Origin: Klebsormidium nitens
Taxonomy: Eukaryota; Plantae; Klebsormidiophyceae
Reading direction: 5' to 3'
Length of the DNA stretch: 32,351 bases
Assembly: GCA_000708835.1 (NCBI GenBank)
Contig: DF237746.1
Coordinates: 1-32,351, forward strand
The notes under the pieces are model-generated. The model searched no databases, had not been told where the DNA came from, and saw nothing but the letters and a program-made list of their open reading frames with translations. Below are positions 12,101-24,100 of the stretch, one piece after another. Both the position numbers and the translations under genes were made by a program. How positions within the stretch are numbered: position 1 is the stretch's first letter; every line of letters begins with the position of its first letter.

Positions 12101-15100
12101 ATGGCGGGAAGTGGGGGCCTCTGCCAAAGGTGGCACGCCCTGGTTGTAGTATTGCAGCTGTTCTTGTTGGGCCTCACTGTGGGAAGCAAAGGAGAGGGTG
12201 AGTGGACATCGGACATGAACAGGCTCAGAAGGCGTGTATGTCCGTATTGTACCAAGGGCATGATGAGCTGCTGCATGGAATGCAGCATGATATTTCTTGT
12301 CTCTTGCACATCACAAGGTGACAGCTCTGGTTTGCTCTGGGAGTCACGCAGGTTGCCTCATATTCTCAAACAGGTTCTCTTGTCTTTCCCTAGATCTGCA
12401 ATGGTGCGTGTACTCTGAACCTGGTCAGCAGCAGTGCGAGCTCCTGGCCACGGCTGCAGGTACATGGGGTGCTGGATCAGGGTTGCAATGGTGAGGAGAG
12501 TCTTACTGTCAACTTGCAACAACAAGCATGGCATTGCGAAGTATAGTTTCGATGGTTATGGATGATTGTGTAGGCGGAGTTATCCAAAATGACGCTTGCT
12601 TGAATGGTTAACAGAAGAGTTTTTGGTGCGTCTGGACGACCTTGAGTTGCAGTTGCTACATAGGATACAGATATAAGATTAAAAGGTGTGGATTCGTCTC
12701 TGTATCTTGATGAAGAGCAGATGTCACACATTGAGTTTGGGGCTCTGAAGGTTTTCCGTTATCGAAGTTGCGAATGTCTACCTAGTGTCAACACCTCTGG
12801 TTTCCCACCTCCTAGAAGATAATCAATGTTTTTCAAAGCAAGTGCATTTCCTGCTGTCCTTGTGGCCACTCAACAGAACGACAGCAAAACGTCTACTGCA
12901 TGTTTTCCTTACATCTGCTTGGCAGCAAACCTCCACTCGACAAACTCGTTTTAATTATGCAGTCGTCACATGCTGGACTTCGCTGCGTGCCTCGCCTCCA
13001 CCTCAGGGGGCAGTGTTGACCTCATGTTGGCGCCCCCTGGGCCCCTTCCGGAGCTGCCTAGGGGGCTGGCTCTGGTGGACATGCGTCATGGGGAGCCGCA
13101 CAGTTCAGGGGTTGTGCGCTTCGGTCCGAAGTATGCCTTGGTTGGGAACAAAGATATGTGCCAACAGAAGTTGGCACCAGGGTCTAAGGGAGAGGATCGC
13201 TTCAAACTCTGCCAAACAACCATGGACTGTCTGCAAGGGTCTGCTGGGGAGGCTGCATTTGTCAACCTCTCCATGCTGGAGGGCCTGGACAGTGACCTTG
13301 AAAGAGAACTCAGGTGAGTGCGATCGCGCTGCGAAGTTTGTTGGTGAGGGAATGACATTGGCTACTGGATGTCTTGACGCCTTGAAAATGTTGACACGCG
13401 TTCTTGACGAGGGAAATGCTGATTGACTGAACGAACAAATATCTGGAAACTTTGTATGAAACAATTGAGTTTGTAGATGTATGTAAAAAAGGTCGGAAAA
13501 ATAGGTTGCTCAGCACATGATTATCGGTGCCTTTAAGCATGCACATTTCACGAGCAGCTGCATATTTTACAAGTGACAACGTTCATCATTGGTGTAGAGC
13601 ATCCTTGATAATCAGCGACCTTCTCTGTATGACTCGCTTCTTGCAATCTGTGTTGAGAATTGCACACAATTACCTTCACAGTATGAATTGAAGCTTCACA
13701 ATGTGAATTGACAAGGAAAAGGTTCGCAACCTATTATTGGCTCCTGTGCAGATTGGTGTGTCCAGATTTGAGCTGTCAGCCAGTGCAAGGGAAGCCATGC
13801 TGGTAGGTTTACAGTGACCTAATGCTGGAAAAGAAGGTTTTCTTTTGCACATCGGGGCAAGGAGTTGCAGTGTGATATTAAGCAATTTGATCTCATGGCA
13901 GTATAGAGGCTGTCCTTGCTTATCATGCAGAACCATTTTTCTCTGTGACATCTCAGGGCATGCCTAAGCAACCATGTAATCATTGTCCTGCTTTTGAAAC
14001 CACTCTACTGTCATTTTTTATTTCAAACCTTCCAATCTGCTCCATTGAACTGCTGACAGGCACTGGCAAGCACCACCACGCACAGCATTAGTCCAGTCAG
14101 GATCTACGAAGGCCCTTCTATTGGGGACTTTGGCGCACGAGCTCGACAGATTAGAAGCAGCTTCTGCTTTCAAAAGGGCATCGGCAGGGGAAAGCGGAGG
14201 GAAAAGCACGCGCTGGAGGCCCATCCAAGAGATCCTCAATGTCGATTTTCCTGGAAAGGAATCTTCCCGACGGGGGCAAGCTGCAAGCCGGCGCTTGCTA
14301 CAGAGCCCAGACCCAAGCCCCACCAGTGATCCAGCCACACCCGGTCCCACAGCGGTTCCAACTACTGCTGCCCCAGACCCCACTCCTGCTCCCCCACCAC
14401 CGACTCCTGCCCCAACCACCCCAGTCCCTGCGACTACGGCCCCTTCCACCCCAACCCCTGTGACCCCAGCTCCTTTTACGTTCACTCCAGCCCCCTCAAC
14501 AACCACCTCAGCCCCCACTCCAGCACCTGTAGTCTCCACTCTGCCCCCCGCCACTCCAACTCCAACGACCCCTGCGCCTACGCAAGCACCGGCCACCCCC
14601 GCACCCACCAATCCTGCACCCGCTACACCACAACCCACTCCTGCACCCACAAACCCGCCCCCAACGCAACCCCCCCCGACGCAGCCCCCTCCAACTGCTG
14701 CCCCGACTGTTGCAGCCACTCCTGCACCGACGCTGCCCCCCCCGACTGCGGCCCCAAGCACCTCCCCCCCCACAAGTGCCCCCACTCAGGCACCTACCAC
14801 TCTGGCACCCACACCTGTACCGACGCCAGCCGCCACTACAGGTACACCACAAACGCTCCCCCCCACTGTTGCGCCCACTTTGGCTCCCACTGTTGCCGCC
14901 ACAGTTGCTCCCACAGTTGCGCCTCCTACTGCCGCCGCCACCCCCCTGCCCACACCCGCAGGTACGTTAGCTCCCCTCACGACGCCATCTCCGTCTCTTA
15001 CCCCCGCTAGCACCACTCCTGTTGTTACGGAAGCGCCGACGCCGGCCCCGACACTTGCGACCGTCCCCCCAGGTACGTCACAACCGCCCACCGTCACTCC

Positions 15101-18100
15101 CGCTCCCTCTCTTCCCAGTTCCGCACCCGTGACACTTGCGCCAGTAGCCACTCCCCCGGCAACGCTCGCCCCACCCATTGCAACAGGTACGTTGCCGCCC
15201 GCCACTCTCACCCCGTCTTCTACCCCAACCCTTATTTTAACGAGCTCCACGCCAATTCCGACAATACCGCAGGCGTCACAAGCCCCCCCCACAGGTACGT
15301 CCGCCACATCCGCTCCATTAGACCCCACTAGTTTTCCCACTTTGCCGAGTCCCACGCCTCTTGCTACCGTTCCTGTTTCAACCCCGCTCCCCACGGCGCT
15401 TGGGCCACCCATTGCGACAGGTACGTTGCCGCTCACCACTGTCACCCCGTCTGTTACATCAGCCTCTATTTTACCGACCCCAGTCTCGACAATAACGCAG
15501 GCGCCACAAGCCCCTCCCATAGGTACGTTCGTCACATCCGCTCCGTTGAATCCCACCAGTTTTCCCACTTTGCCGAGTACTGCACCTCTTGCTACCAGTA
15601 TTGTTTCAACCCCGATCCCCACGACGCTTGGGACACCCATTGCAACAGGTACGTTGCCGCTCACCACTGTCACCCCGTCTGTTACTTCAGCCCTTACTCT
15701 GCCAACGCCAATTCCAACAGTTACGCAGGCGCCACAGGCTTTCCCCACAGGTACGTCCGTCACATCCGCTCCGCTGAGTCCCACTACTTTTTCTACTTTG
15801 CCGAGTACTGCACCTCTTGCTACCAATCTTGTTCCAACCCCGCTCGCCACACCGCTTGGGCCACCCACCGCAACAGGTACGTCGCCGATCGCCACTGTCA
15901 CCCCGTCTGCTACTTCAGCCGTTGTTTTGCCTAGCTCCATGCCAGTTCCAACTGTCATTCAGGCGCCGCAGGGCCCCTCGACAGGTACGTCCGTCACGCC
16001 CAATCCCATGATTCTTCCCACTTTGCCGAATACCACACCTTTCGGTTCGAACAGTCCGCTTGTATCAACTCCGATTCCCACGACGCTTGGACCAGGTGGG
16101 TTTCCCTTTCCCACTACGCCTGCTCCTCCAGTCACCACCGTTGTGCCCACTCCGCCTGGCACGCCCGCTATTACGACCAGCCTTGCATCAAATATACCAG
16201 GGGGGTCCCCCTCAACCCCTACTCCCACTCCGCTCGTTCCCAATAACGAACCCGCTTTGATGAATATCACCCCGACTGCTACTGCCAGCCCTTTGTTGAC
16301 ACCCACATCTTCAGCAACCCAGCAAGGGATAGTGCAGGCCAACACGTCCCTTGTTCCTACCCTTGTCACTAACGTACCCACCTCGCCAAACAGCACGCTT
16401 TCGAGTGCCAGCCTGTTGCCAACGCCGATTTCTAATGCATCCCTGCCAGGTACGGTGTTACCAACCGCCTCTCTTGTGCCTCCTTTCACTGATTTGCCCA
16501 CCTTACCAATTGGCACGCTTAAGAAAACAGGGAGCCCATCAGTGACGCCCGCTCTCACAAGAGTGGGAGAAGGTACGCCCCAACTGGTTATCGCGCTCGC
16601 CCCTACTTCATTTACTAGCTTACCCACTCCGCCGAGCACTGCATCTCCTGGTAACACTAGCCCTAATCTGTCGACGACTGCTCCTGAGGCAACTGTGCCA
16701 AATATTTCCTTTTCCATCACCCCGCTGCCTACAACCACTCTTCCCACTTCGGCAGCCAACACCCCTCCTTCTACAGCTGCCCTTTCCCCGCTCATAATGC
16801 CGCAAACAAATGTGCCTCTGCCCGGCATGTCCATCGAACCTTCTGTGACCCCTGCTCTAAGCACAGGTCTTCCCACCGTATCAAACGGCTCAAACTCCCC
16901 CCTAGCCAGTTTGCCATCAAGCCCTTCTCCTTCGTCAATGCCACCAGGTGTTATCCTACCTCCTATCAATAACACAAGTGTCAATTCTTCCCTCTATAAC
17001 GCTCCACTGGCTGCAGCTACTTTTTCCCCCACTCCTGTCTCAGCGAGCGTGGTGCTTCCCCCCACTGTTAGCAACATGAGTGGCAGTCCTACTCTCCCTC
17101 TTTCTACACCAACACCCTCCAACAACACTTTGCCTGCTTTTTCGTCCACTCAACCCCAAGTAGGGACTCTGCAATCCAACACCTCATCTTTTATGAATAG
17201 CACAAGTCCATTCGTAAAAAGCACAGTGTCCCCAGTATCTTCAAGTCCAGTATCAGCACCAGGTATGATTATTTTTGTTTGAGCACTTAAAAAAGTCGTT
17301 TCCTGTGCCTATGGAAAACCCCCAGTGAAACAGGGACACTGATTTTGTGACACTATTTGTCCTTGGCTGTCCAGACTTGTCCATAACTACCATTCCCCCT
17401 GTAGGTCGCATTGAATGCTGCTCTCTCCTTAAGATCCAGTCCTTCTATTTTCCCAAGTTGAGGCTCTATTTATGTTTGTTGCATATAGTCGGCAGTGCGT
17501 GTCACCTTTCTTTTCTTACACGTTATTTGGGGCTGGAGACGATTCTTGGGGGCCTCTGCAATGGTGAGCGCCATTTGCAGAGCATTCATTTCTTTGGATC
17601 TTCACCTTTTATCACTTTATCTTGACTTCTTTTGCTGTCCAGGTAAGTCTTCTTTCTTTCCTGCTCACTTAGTCCTTCCCCGGTAACCATCATTCCTTGA
17701 GGACATGCTTCGACCTCCAATCTTTCCTTTCATATTTTTAACTCATTTGTCCTGCTTGCCCCTGGGATGTGGTGTGAATGTACCTTTTTCTACATTCTGC
17801 TTAAATGCTTCAGAGCCCTCTCTGTTTGGGGCTCTAGTTTACATGAATTTCAGAGTCAATTGACATAAAGAAACTGTAACAAAGTCTCCGGTTGCTGCTG
17901 TGATTTGCATGGCTTTGGTGCTGGTAAAGAGAAGGGCAAGGTCAGCTTCAGCTGCTGTTAGCATGTATGTCAAACATGAGCAAGATTCGAATCCCTAATT
18001 GAAGAAGGATTCCATCGCCAGCAGCTGCTGGATAAGTCATGCAGTTGAGTGCAAAAATTGTTTGCCTTGTCTTGGTCTCCTTAACCCCTAAACTTAACCA

Positions 18101-21100
18101 AATGCCCTCACCTGACCAAGGCACTATGTCGGGAACTAACCTCTTGTCCCCCCTCTCCACACCCCTCCTTGCATGTGGCCTCTCTCCATCATTGCTACCC
18201 CCCTCTGGCTGTGCTCAACCATTTTCTCCAATCAATTGCGCCCTTTCCGCCCTTATTCTACTCACCCCGTGCCTTTCACTCGAACAGCTACCAGTTCTCA
18301 AGCGCCACTGGCAAATGCCACACTCGCCCCCGTAATCACGCCTGCATCAGCTGTGCCGGCGCCTGTAAATATTACTGTCCCGCAAGCGAGCAACATAACA
18401 GCACCAGTGTCACAATTAGCCCCTCCAACAACGGCACTAGTGAATGCGTCACTTTCGCCGTCAGCAGTGCAAAACGTAACCGTTCCGCCTGCACCCAACG
18501 TAACAATCCCCATTGTCACTCCCAATCTAACAATCCCACCTGTCACTCCCGCCTTAACAATCCCCACAGTCACACCCAACCTGACGATCCCCATCATCAA
18601 CGTAACGCTCCCCGCCTTAACGTTTCCGCCGCTCAATCTAACGGATCCTAATTTCACTACAGTGACTATCGCCCCACTCAACACGAGCGCGCCCATCAGC
18701 ACACGCGCGCCCCTCAGCACTCCACCACTGGGCTTTAACCTCACGGTTATTCCCCTGGTCACGCCGTTCGTGAACGTCTCTCAGCTGAATGGGACCATTG
18801 CACCGGCGCCGCCACTCATCTTCCCTCCGCCACCCCCCTCCAACAGAGGTGAGTTGCAGCCCCCCCTTTTCTGTATTCCTTGTCCTTTGTTTCGCCTGCC
18901 TGCTGTGAGCTGAAGCCCCTGACTTTGATTGCTTATCTCGCTGACCCACTGTGAAGCACGCCCAAGTGGTTGTAGCATTGTGGGTGCCATTATCTTTGGC
19001 GGAGGAGTCTTCGGATCTTGTGAGTAGGATTTCAGCGGATCCGGGTTTTCACAAGCACTGGGGTTGACGATTGTTCACACAACACACAATCGTGTCTGAT
19101 CAAGGTGTAGCCAGACCAGCAGATTCTGTGCAGATCCAGGTCGATTCAAACATCGGCAGTCAAGTGAACACCCATGAATCACCTGTGTAGATATTCTAAA
19201 ACGTCTCACCTTTTGTCCCAGACTGCCCAAGCCCCTGCCCTTTGGGCACCGCTCTGCGGCCGGCCGATCTGACCTGCGACTGCGTGCTGCCCATGATCGT
19301 CGACCTGGCCTTCCAGCGAACGGCCCAGCAGTTCCTGCCCACCGTCCCCGAGTTCGTTCAGGAGGTGGCCAACAGCACCAACCTGACTGCCGCCCAAGTG
19401 TCGGTAAGCCGGTTGCTGGCCTTCTATTCTCTCCATGTTACTTTTTCCGGCTGGGGGTTTCGCTCTGGATACCGATCGAGTGCTTCCCAAGTGTCGCTTC
19501 GTATCCAACGTGTCAACAGCTCAGGGCCTCAGTCTGAGGCTACATTAGGCTGCTCATCATTGTCTTTGATTGAGGATCTATTATTTGTTGATAGGTTTCT
19601 TGTGCTGGAGGGGCTTTGTGTGCTGTTTACACTTGCCTTCAAGCATTGGGACGAAAAACGGACGTGTTGTGTCATTGAGTATCATCTACTCCCTTATGCT
19701 GTTTGAAAACCCCCATTCACCATGTTTACTGGATTTGTACAATCCACGCCTTCAGTCAGACCACTTGTCTCTGCCAGAAACTGCTCCGACGATTTCTCGC
19801 AGCTCCTGCCAAGGAGTTTTTATACTTTCGACAGCTTCTCTCACAAGGATCCGCCCCCTCCTGTTTGCAGGTCCAAGCTTTCCGGGTGGTTCTGCGCAAC
19901 AGCCGCCGGTTGCTTCAGTCACAGACCCAGGACCTCATTGTGACGACCTGGCTCCTGCCGGTCGCTACTGCAGAGGATTCCGCTCCAATGCAGCTGTCCA
20001 ACAACCAGACAGCGGCAATCACGGACCTGCTCCTGAACAAGCAGCTGAGCTTGAACCAAACACTGTTTGGAAATTACTCGGTCATCCAGATCCTGCCCCC
20101 AGGTACGTGGCTGGTTGACGCTGGTTGTACTTTGTGAGCAGCATGTTGGCATCAGTGCGTATCAAAGCCCTCAGGTCAATTGCAATCACGCTCAGAAACC
20201 GTTTCCAATATTTGATGCTCCAAGCTTGATGCTTTAACACTATTTTCAAGATTCCCCGCGTTCATTCCCATCAGTGATTTGACATTTCAAGCACGTCAAA
20301 AATGCAGGGCAGAACTAATTTTACGTCCTAGGTTTGGATGAGCAAAGGCCTGATGTAGAGTGTTTCAGTCTCTCAAGGAACGGAACCGCTCATTCCCTTG
20401 CCCAGCGTTCCAGCCTGGTCTGTGAAGACAATGTTGCAGGTTTTATTAAGACGCCTGACAGAGCCCAGTCCTTGCCAAATGGGACTGGACCCTGTCTCCC
20501 AAAGCATACACCTCTCACGGTCTCTCCATGACGATTCACAACGTGCAATCCTCTCCTACCACAGGTGTGAAACCTCCCCCCCCGGCCCCAGGCACGGTGC
20601 CCATTGCAGCCCCAATTACGGTGCCCACAACCGGCAGCCCCATCCCTGGCATCCCCCCCGATGCTTCCCCTAGCAGCAGCTCAAGTTCCTTGAGCACAGG
20701 AGCAGTCGCTGGAATTGTGGCAGGAGCAGTTTGCGGAGTCGGGCTCTTGACCTGTTTGCTGATAGGGTTTGTGGTGCTGCGACGGCGGCGGCCGGACAGC
20801 AAGTCAGCGGACATGGGGGAGCGCAGCAAAGAGGAAGGGCTCTCCAAAAGTCTTCGTAAGTGGCAGTGGGAGCTCAATACGACAGAGCAGGCTGCATAGC
20901 GGTAAATGGTGCAACGACGATGGATATTCCGATCCCGGTGTTGTTGCTAGGATTTGCTCTGTTCGGTTCGTACCTCATTGGAGCTCTAACAAGGGAGAGG
21001 GTCGACCTCTTCTCTGACAAGTTTGGGTGTCACAAAAGTATTTGAAGGCGAGGTAGCATGTTTCGCCTTGTGTCAAGCTTTCCAAAAGGGAGTTTGTTGC

Positions 21101-24100
21101 ATGATAGGATCGTTGAACTCAACACCGCTGTGGCAGTGATGGCGCCCATGTGAGCAGCAAGTCCTTGCTGTAGCATGCTTTTTATATTTTTGGCCTAGAA
21201 CGGGATACATCGCCCTCAGCTTGCCCGAAGCCGCCAAGGTACTCTCACAAGCCACTTGCTTCTCTTTTGCTCCTAATTCACTCGCTTTTCTCCCTTGCCT
21301 GCAGCCCACGTGTTCTCGGTCGGTTCGCTCGGACACGAGACCGAGTCCAGCTATCCCACGGTGTCCGGATCGGCGCGGGAGTTCACGTTCCAGGAGATCG
21401 TGGAGGCGACCGACAACTTCAACCCGAACCACATCTTGGGAGAGGGCGGCTTTGGACAGGTCTTCAGCGGAAAGCTGCCCGACGGGAAGTCGATTGCGGT
21501 CAAACGGCTGACCAGAGACGGGACGCAGGTGAGAGCCACAGTTTCAGACGCCTTTGGAGTGGGTCACGAAGGAGGTCCTTGCATTTCTGGAACTCGGTGA
21601 GACTGCTTTGAGAAGCAGCAGCCTTGATTGATCATTTTGGACACAGAATGGACTTCGTGGTCCCGCTAGGATCCTCCTTGTGCATGCGTGTCTCGTATGT
21701 GAAGGAGCCATCGAAGTTAAGGCCGTTGTTGTATTCCAGGGTGGGACCACGAGACGTTTTCCATGCTTCAGTGAAGCTTGACCGCCCTTGTAGGCCCCCA
21801 CTCAGCAGACGGCATAGAAATAAAGCCCCAAGCAGGGCTTGCCGAGGTTGGATCCATCGTCGTGCACAGTCAGCAACGCATACAAACGCTTATAAAGCAA
21901 GTTGGCTGACGTCAGGTCTTTTTTGGTGCAGGGCACGAAGGAGTTCATCTCGGAGGTTGACCTGCTGAGCCATCTGCATCACAAGCATTTGGTGAAGCTC
22001 GTGGGGTACCATGCCAGCGCGCGTGGCCGCCTCCTCATTTACGACCTCATTCCCAACGGCAGCGTCGAGTCACACCTGCACGGTAAGTAGGCACCCGAAG
22101 GCGGTTTGAGACATCACGTTGGTTGGTCAGTTTCCTTCTTTTGCAGTGCCATCCCGTCTATGTTTCTGTGGATTTAGATACCGGTTGTCGTGGCTCCCCG
22201 GTGGCAGCATCGAGTCCCACCTGCATGGTAAGCAGGCACCCAATTGTGATCTAAGACGAATTGCTTTGATTGGTTCAGTTTCCTCTTTCTGCAGTGCCCC
22301 CCAGTTATACTTCCGTGGTTGTTGAATACTGGTATCTTTGCTCCCCAACGGCAGCGTTGAGTCGCACATGCATGGCAAGCAGGCACCCCAATGCATCTTG
22401 AGATTTTTCATATTGGTCGGTCCGGTTTCCTGGTTACGTAGTTGCACCACATCCGTCAGTACTGGACGCCCTGGTTGAGTTCCTTTGTTGGAAGTTATGT
22501 GATTTTGGACGTGCTGCGGACGTTTGCTACGGATGTTTTGCAAAACATCCGCGTTTTCCATCTTGGTTGCACCCTGGTGCTTTCAGTCCATGTTTCAGAG
22601 CGTCTTTTGTTCATTTCCAAGGGGTTATAGGAGAGGCAGCAGACAACACGAACATTGTGAAGAAAGAACTCCAGGATTTTGTTGCACGATGTAGCAGAAC
22701 GCCCACTTTGAACTAGGTTCAATATTGCCAGTCAAAAGTTATAGCAGCTAAAAGGCTGTTTCCTGGCTTCTCTTCAGGAATTGATAACTACGACAAACCG
22801 CTCGACTGGGAGACCCGCGTGAAGATTGCGCTGGGTGCCGCGCGGGGGCTGGTGTATCTGCACGAGGACTCGAACCCTCGCATCATCCACCGCGACTTTA
22901 AGGCGAGCAACATTCTGCTGGACAACGACTACACGGCCAAGGTGTCCGACTTTGGACTGGCCAAGGCGGCGCCTGACGGGGAGATGGAACACATCTCGAC
23001 GAGGGTCATGGGCACCTTTGGGTACGCCCCGTTGCTATCTTGGGCTGCTCGTGTTCATGTATCGGCTAAGCACAGAACGCTTATGTTTGCGCTTAAGTTT
23101 GAGTTTGTGGCCGATGTTTCATTGGTTTCTCTGTGCTTCCTTGCGAGAATGCTTATTCCACATCGACGCTTTCGTATATTCTACAGCTCAAAGCCGAACT
23201 ACTTTGTCATTCGTTTACCTCGATCGACGGCTCTGGCTTGCAACATCAACGTAGCTTGCCGCCAGCAAAATTCGCGAGTATCTCACGAGCCAAGAAACGG
23301 TGACCGACAGCCAGAGCGTTTCTGTCTCGTTGCGATTTCCCTATCTTACTCGATGCTCTTTGGAGTGGCCAACGAGGCTGTGCATACCTGGGGAAAAGAA
23401 AGAACCATAGAAAGTCACATTTCCAATATGAAGTCGCTTCTTGCGATGCTTGCCACCAAGGCCCTCAGCGGATCCCCTTCAGTTGGACGTCTGTCTCTTG
23501 AAAGTGCACCTCTTCTTGTTTCCTTTTGTCTTGCAAGCGCGTGATCAAGAGAAGGCGTGACAGGTGGCACAGCAAATGTTTTGGAGAGCTGAATCTCTAC
23601 CGGACTTCTGGTTTGCAGGTACGTTGCCCCAGAGTACGCTATGACGGGGCACCTGCTCGTCAAGAGTGACGTGTACAGCTACGGAGTTGTGCTTCTGGAG
23701 CTGCTCTCAGGCCGCAAGCCGGTGGACATGGATCAGCCCCCGGGCCAGGAGAATCTCGTGACCTGGGTGAGTGCTCGTGGCTTCACCGACAAGTTGCTTC
23801 TCTCGTCAACCACACCCTCATGTGCCACCGTTTCAGTCACTGGGACGACAACCGGAGGGGAACTCCCCTCTCATCCCGCCCTGTCATCCTGTTAGGCTCG
23901 GCGGCTTAAACCTCTTGGGACACCAATCCGGAACACTACTTCGGTCCACTCTTGTCAGAGGCAGCGTCGGACAGAGCATTGACAAAGCTCAAGACTCTGC
24001 CTTTTTGCGCTCAACAATCGCCACAACACCTTTCAACCCCTCGACACTCCCCCCACAACGCTCTCTCAGCCTTCTCGACCTCGCTCATGGCCTCTCAAGC

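Noticed and set aside
14018-16984. Long minus-strand ORFs (255, 390 and 341 aa) rich in Gly/Val/Ala
   Set aside because: Antisense shadows of the C-rich Pro/Thr repeat; no independent motifs.
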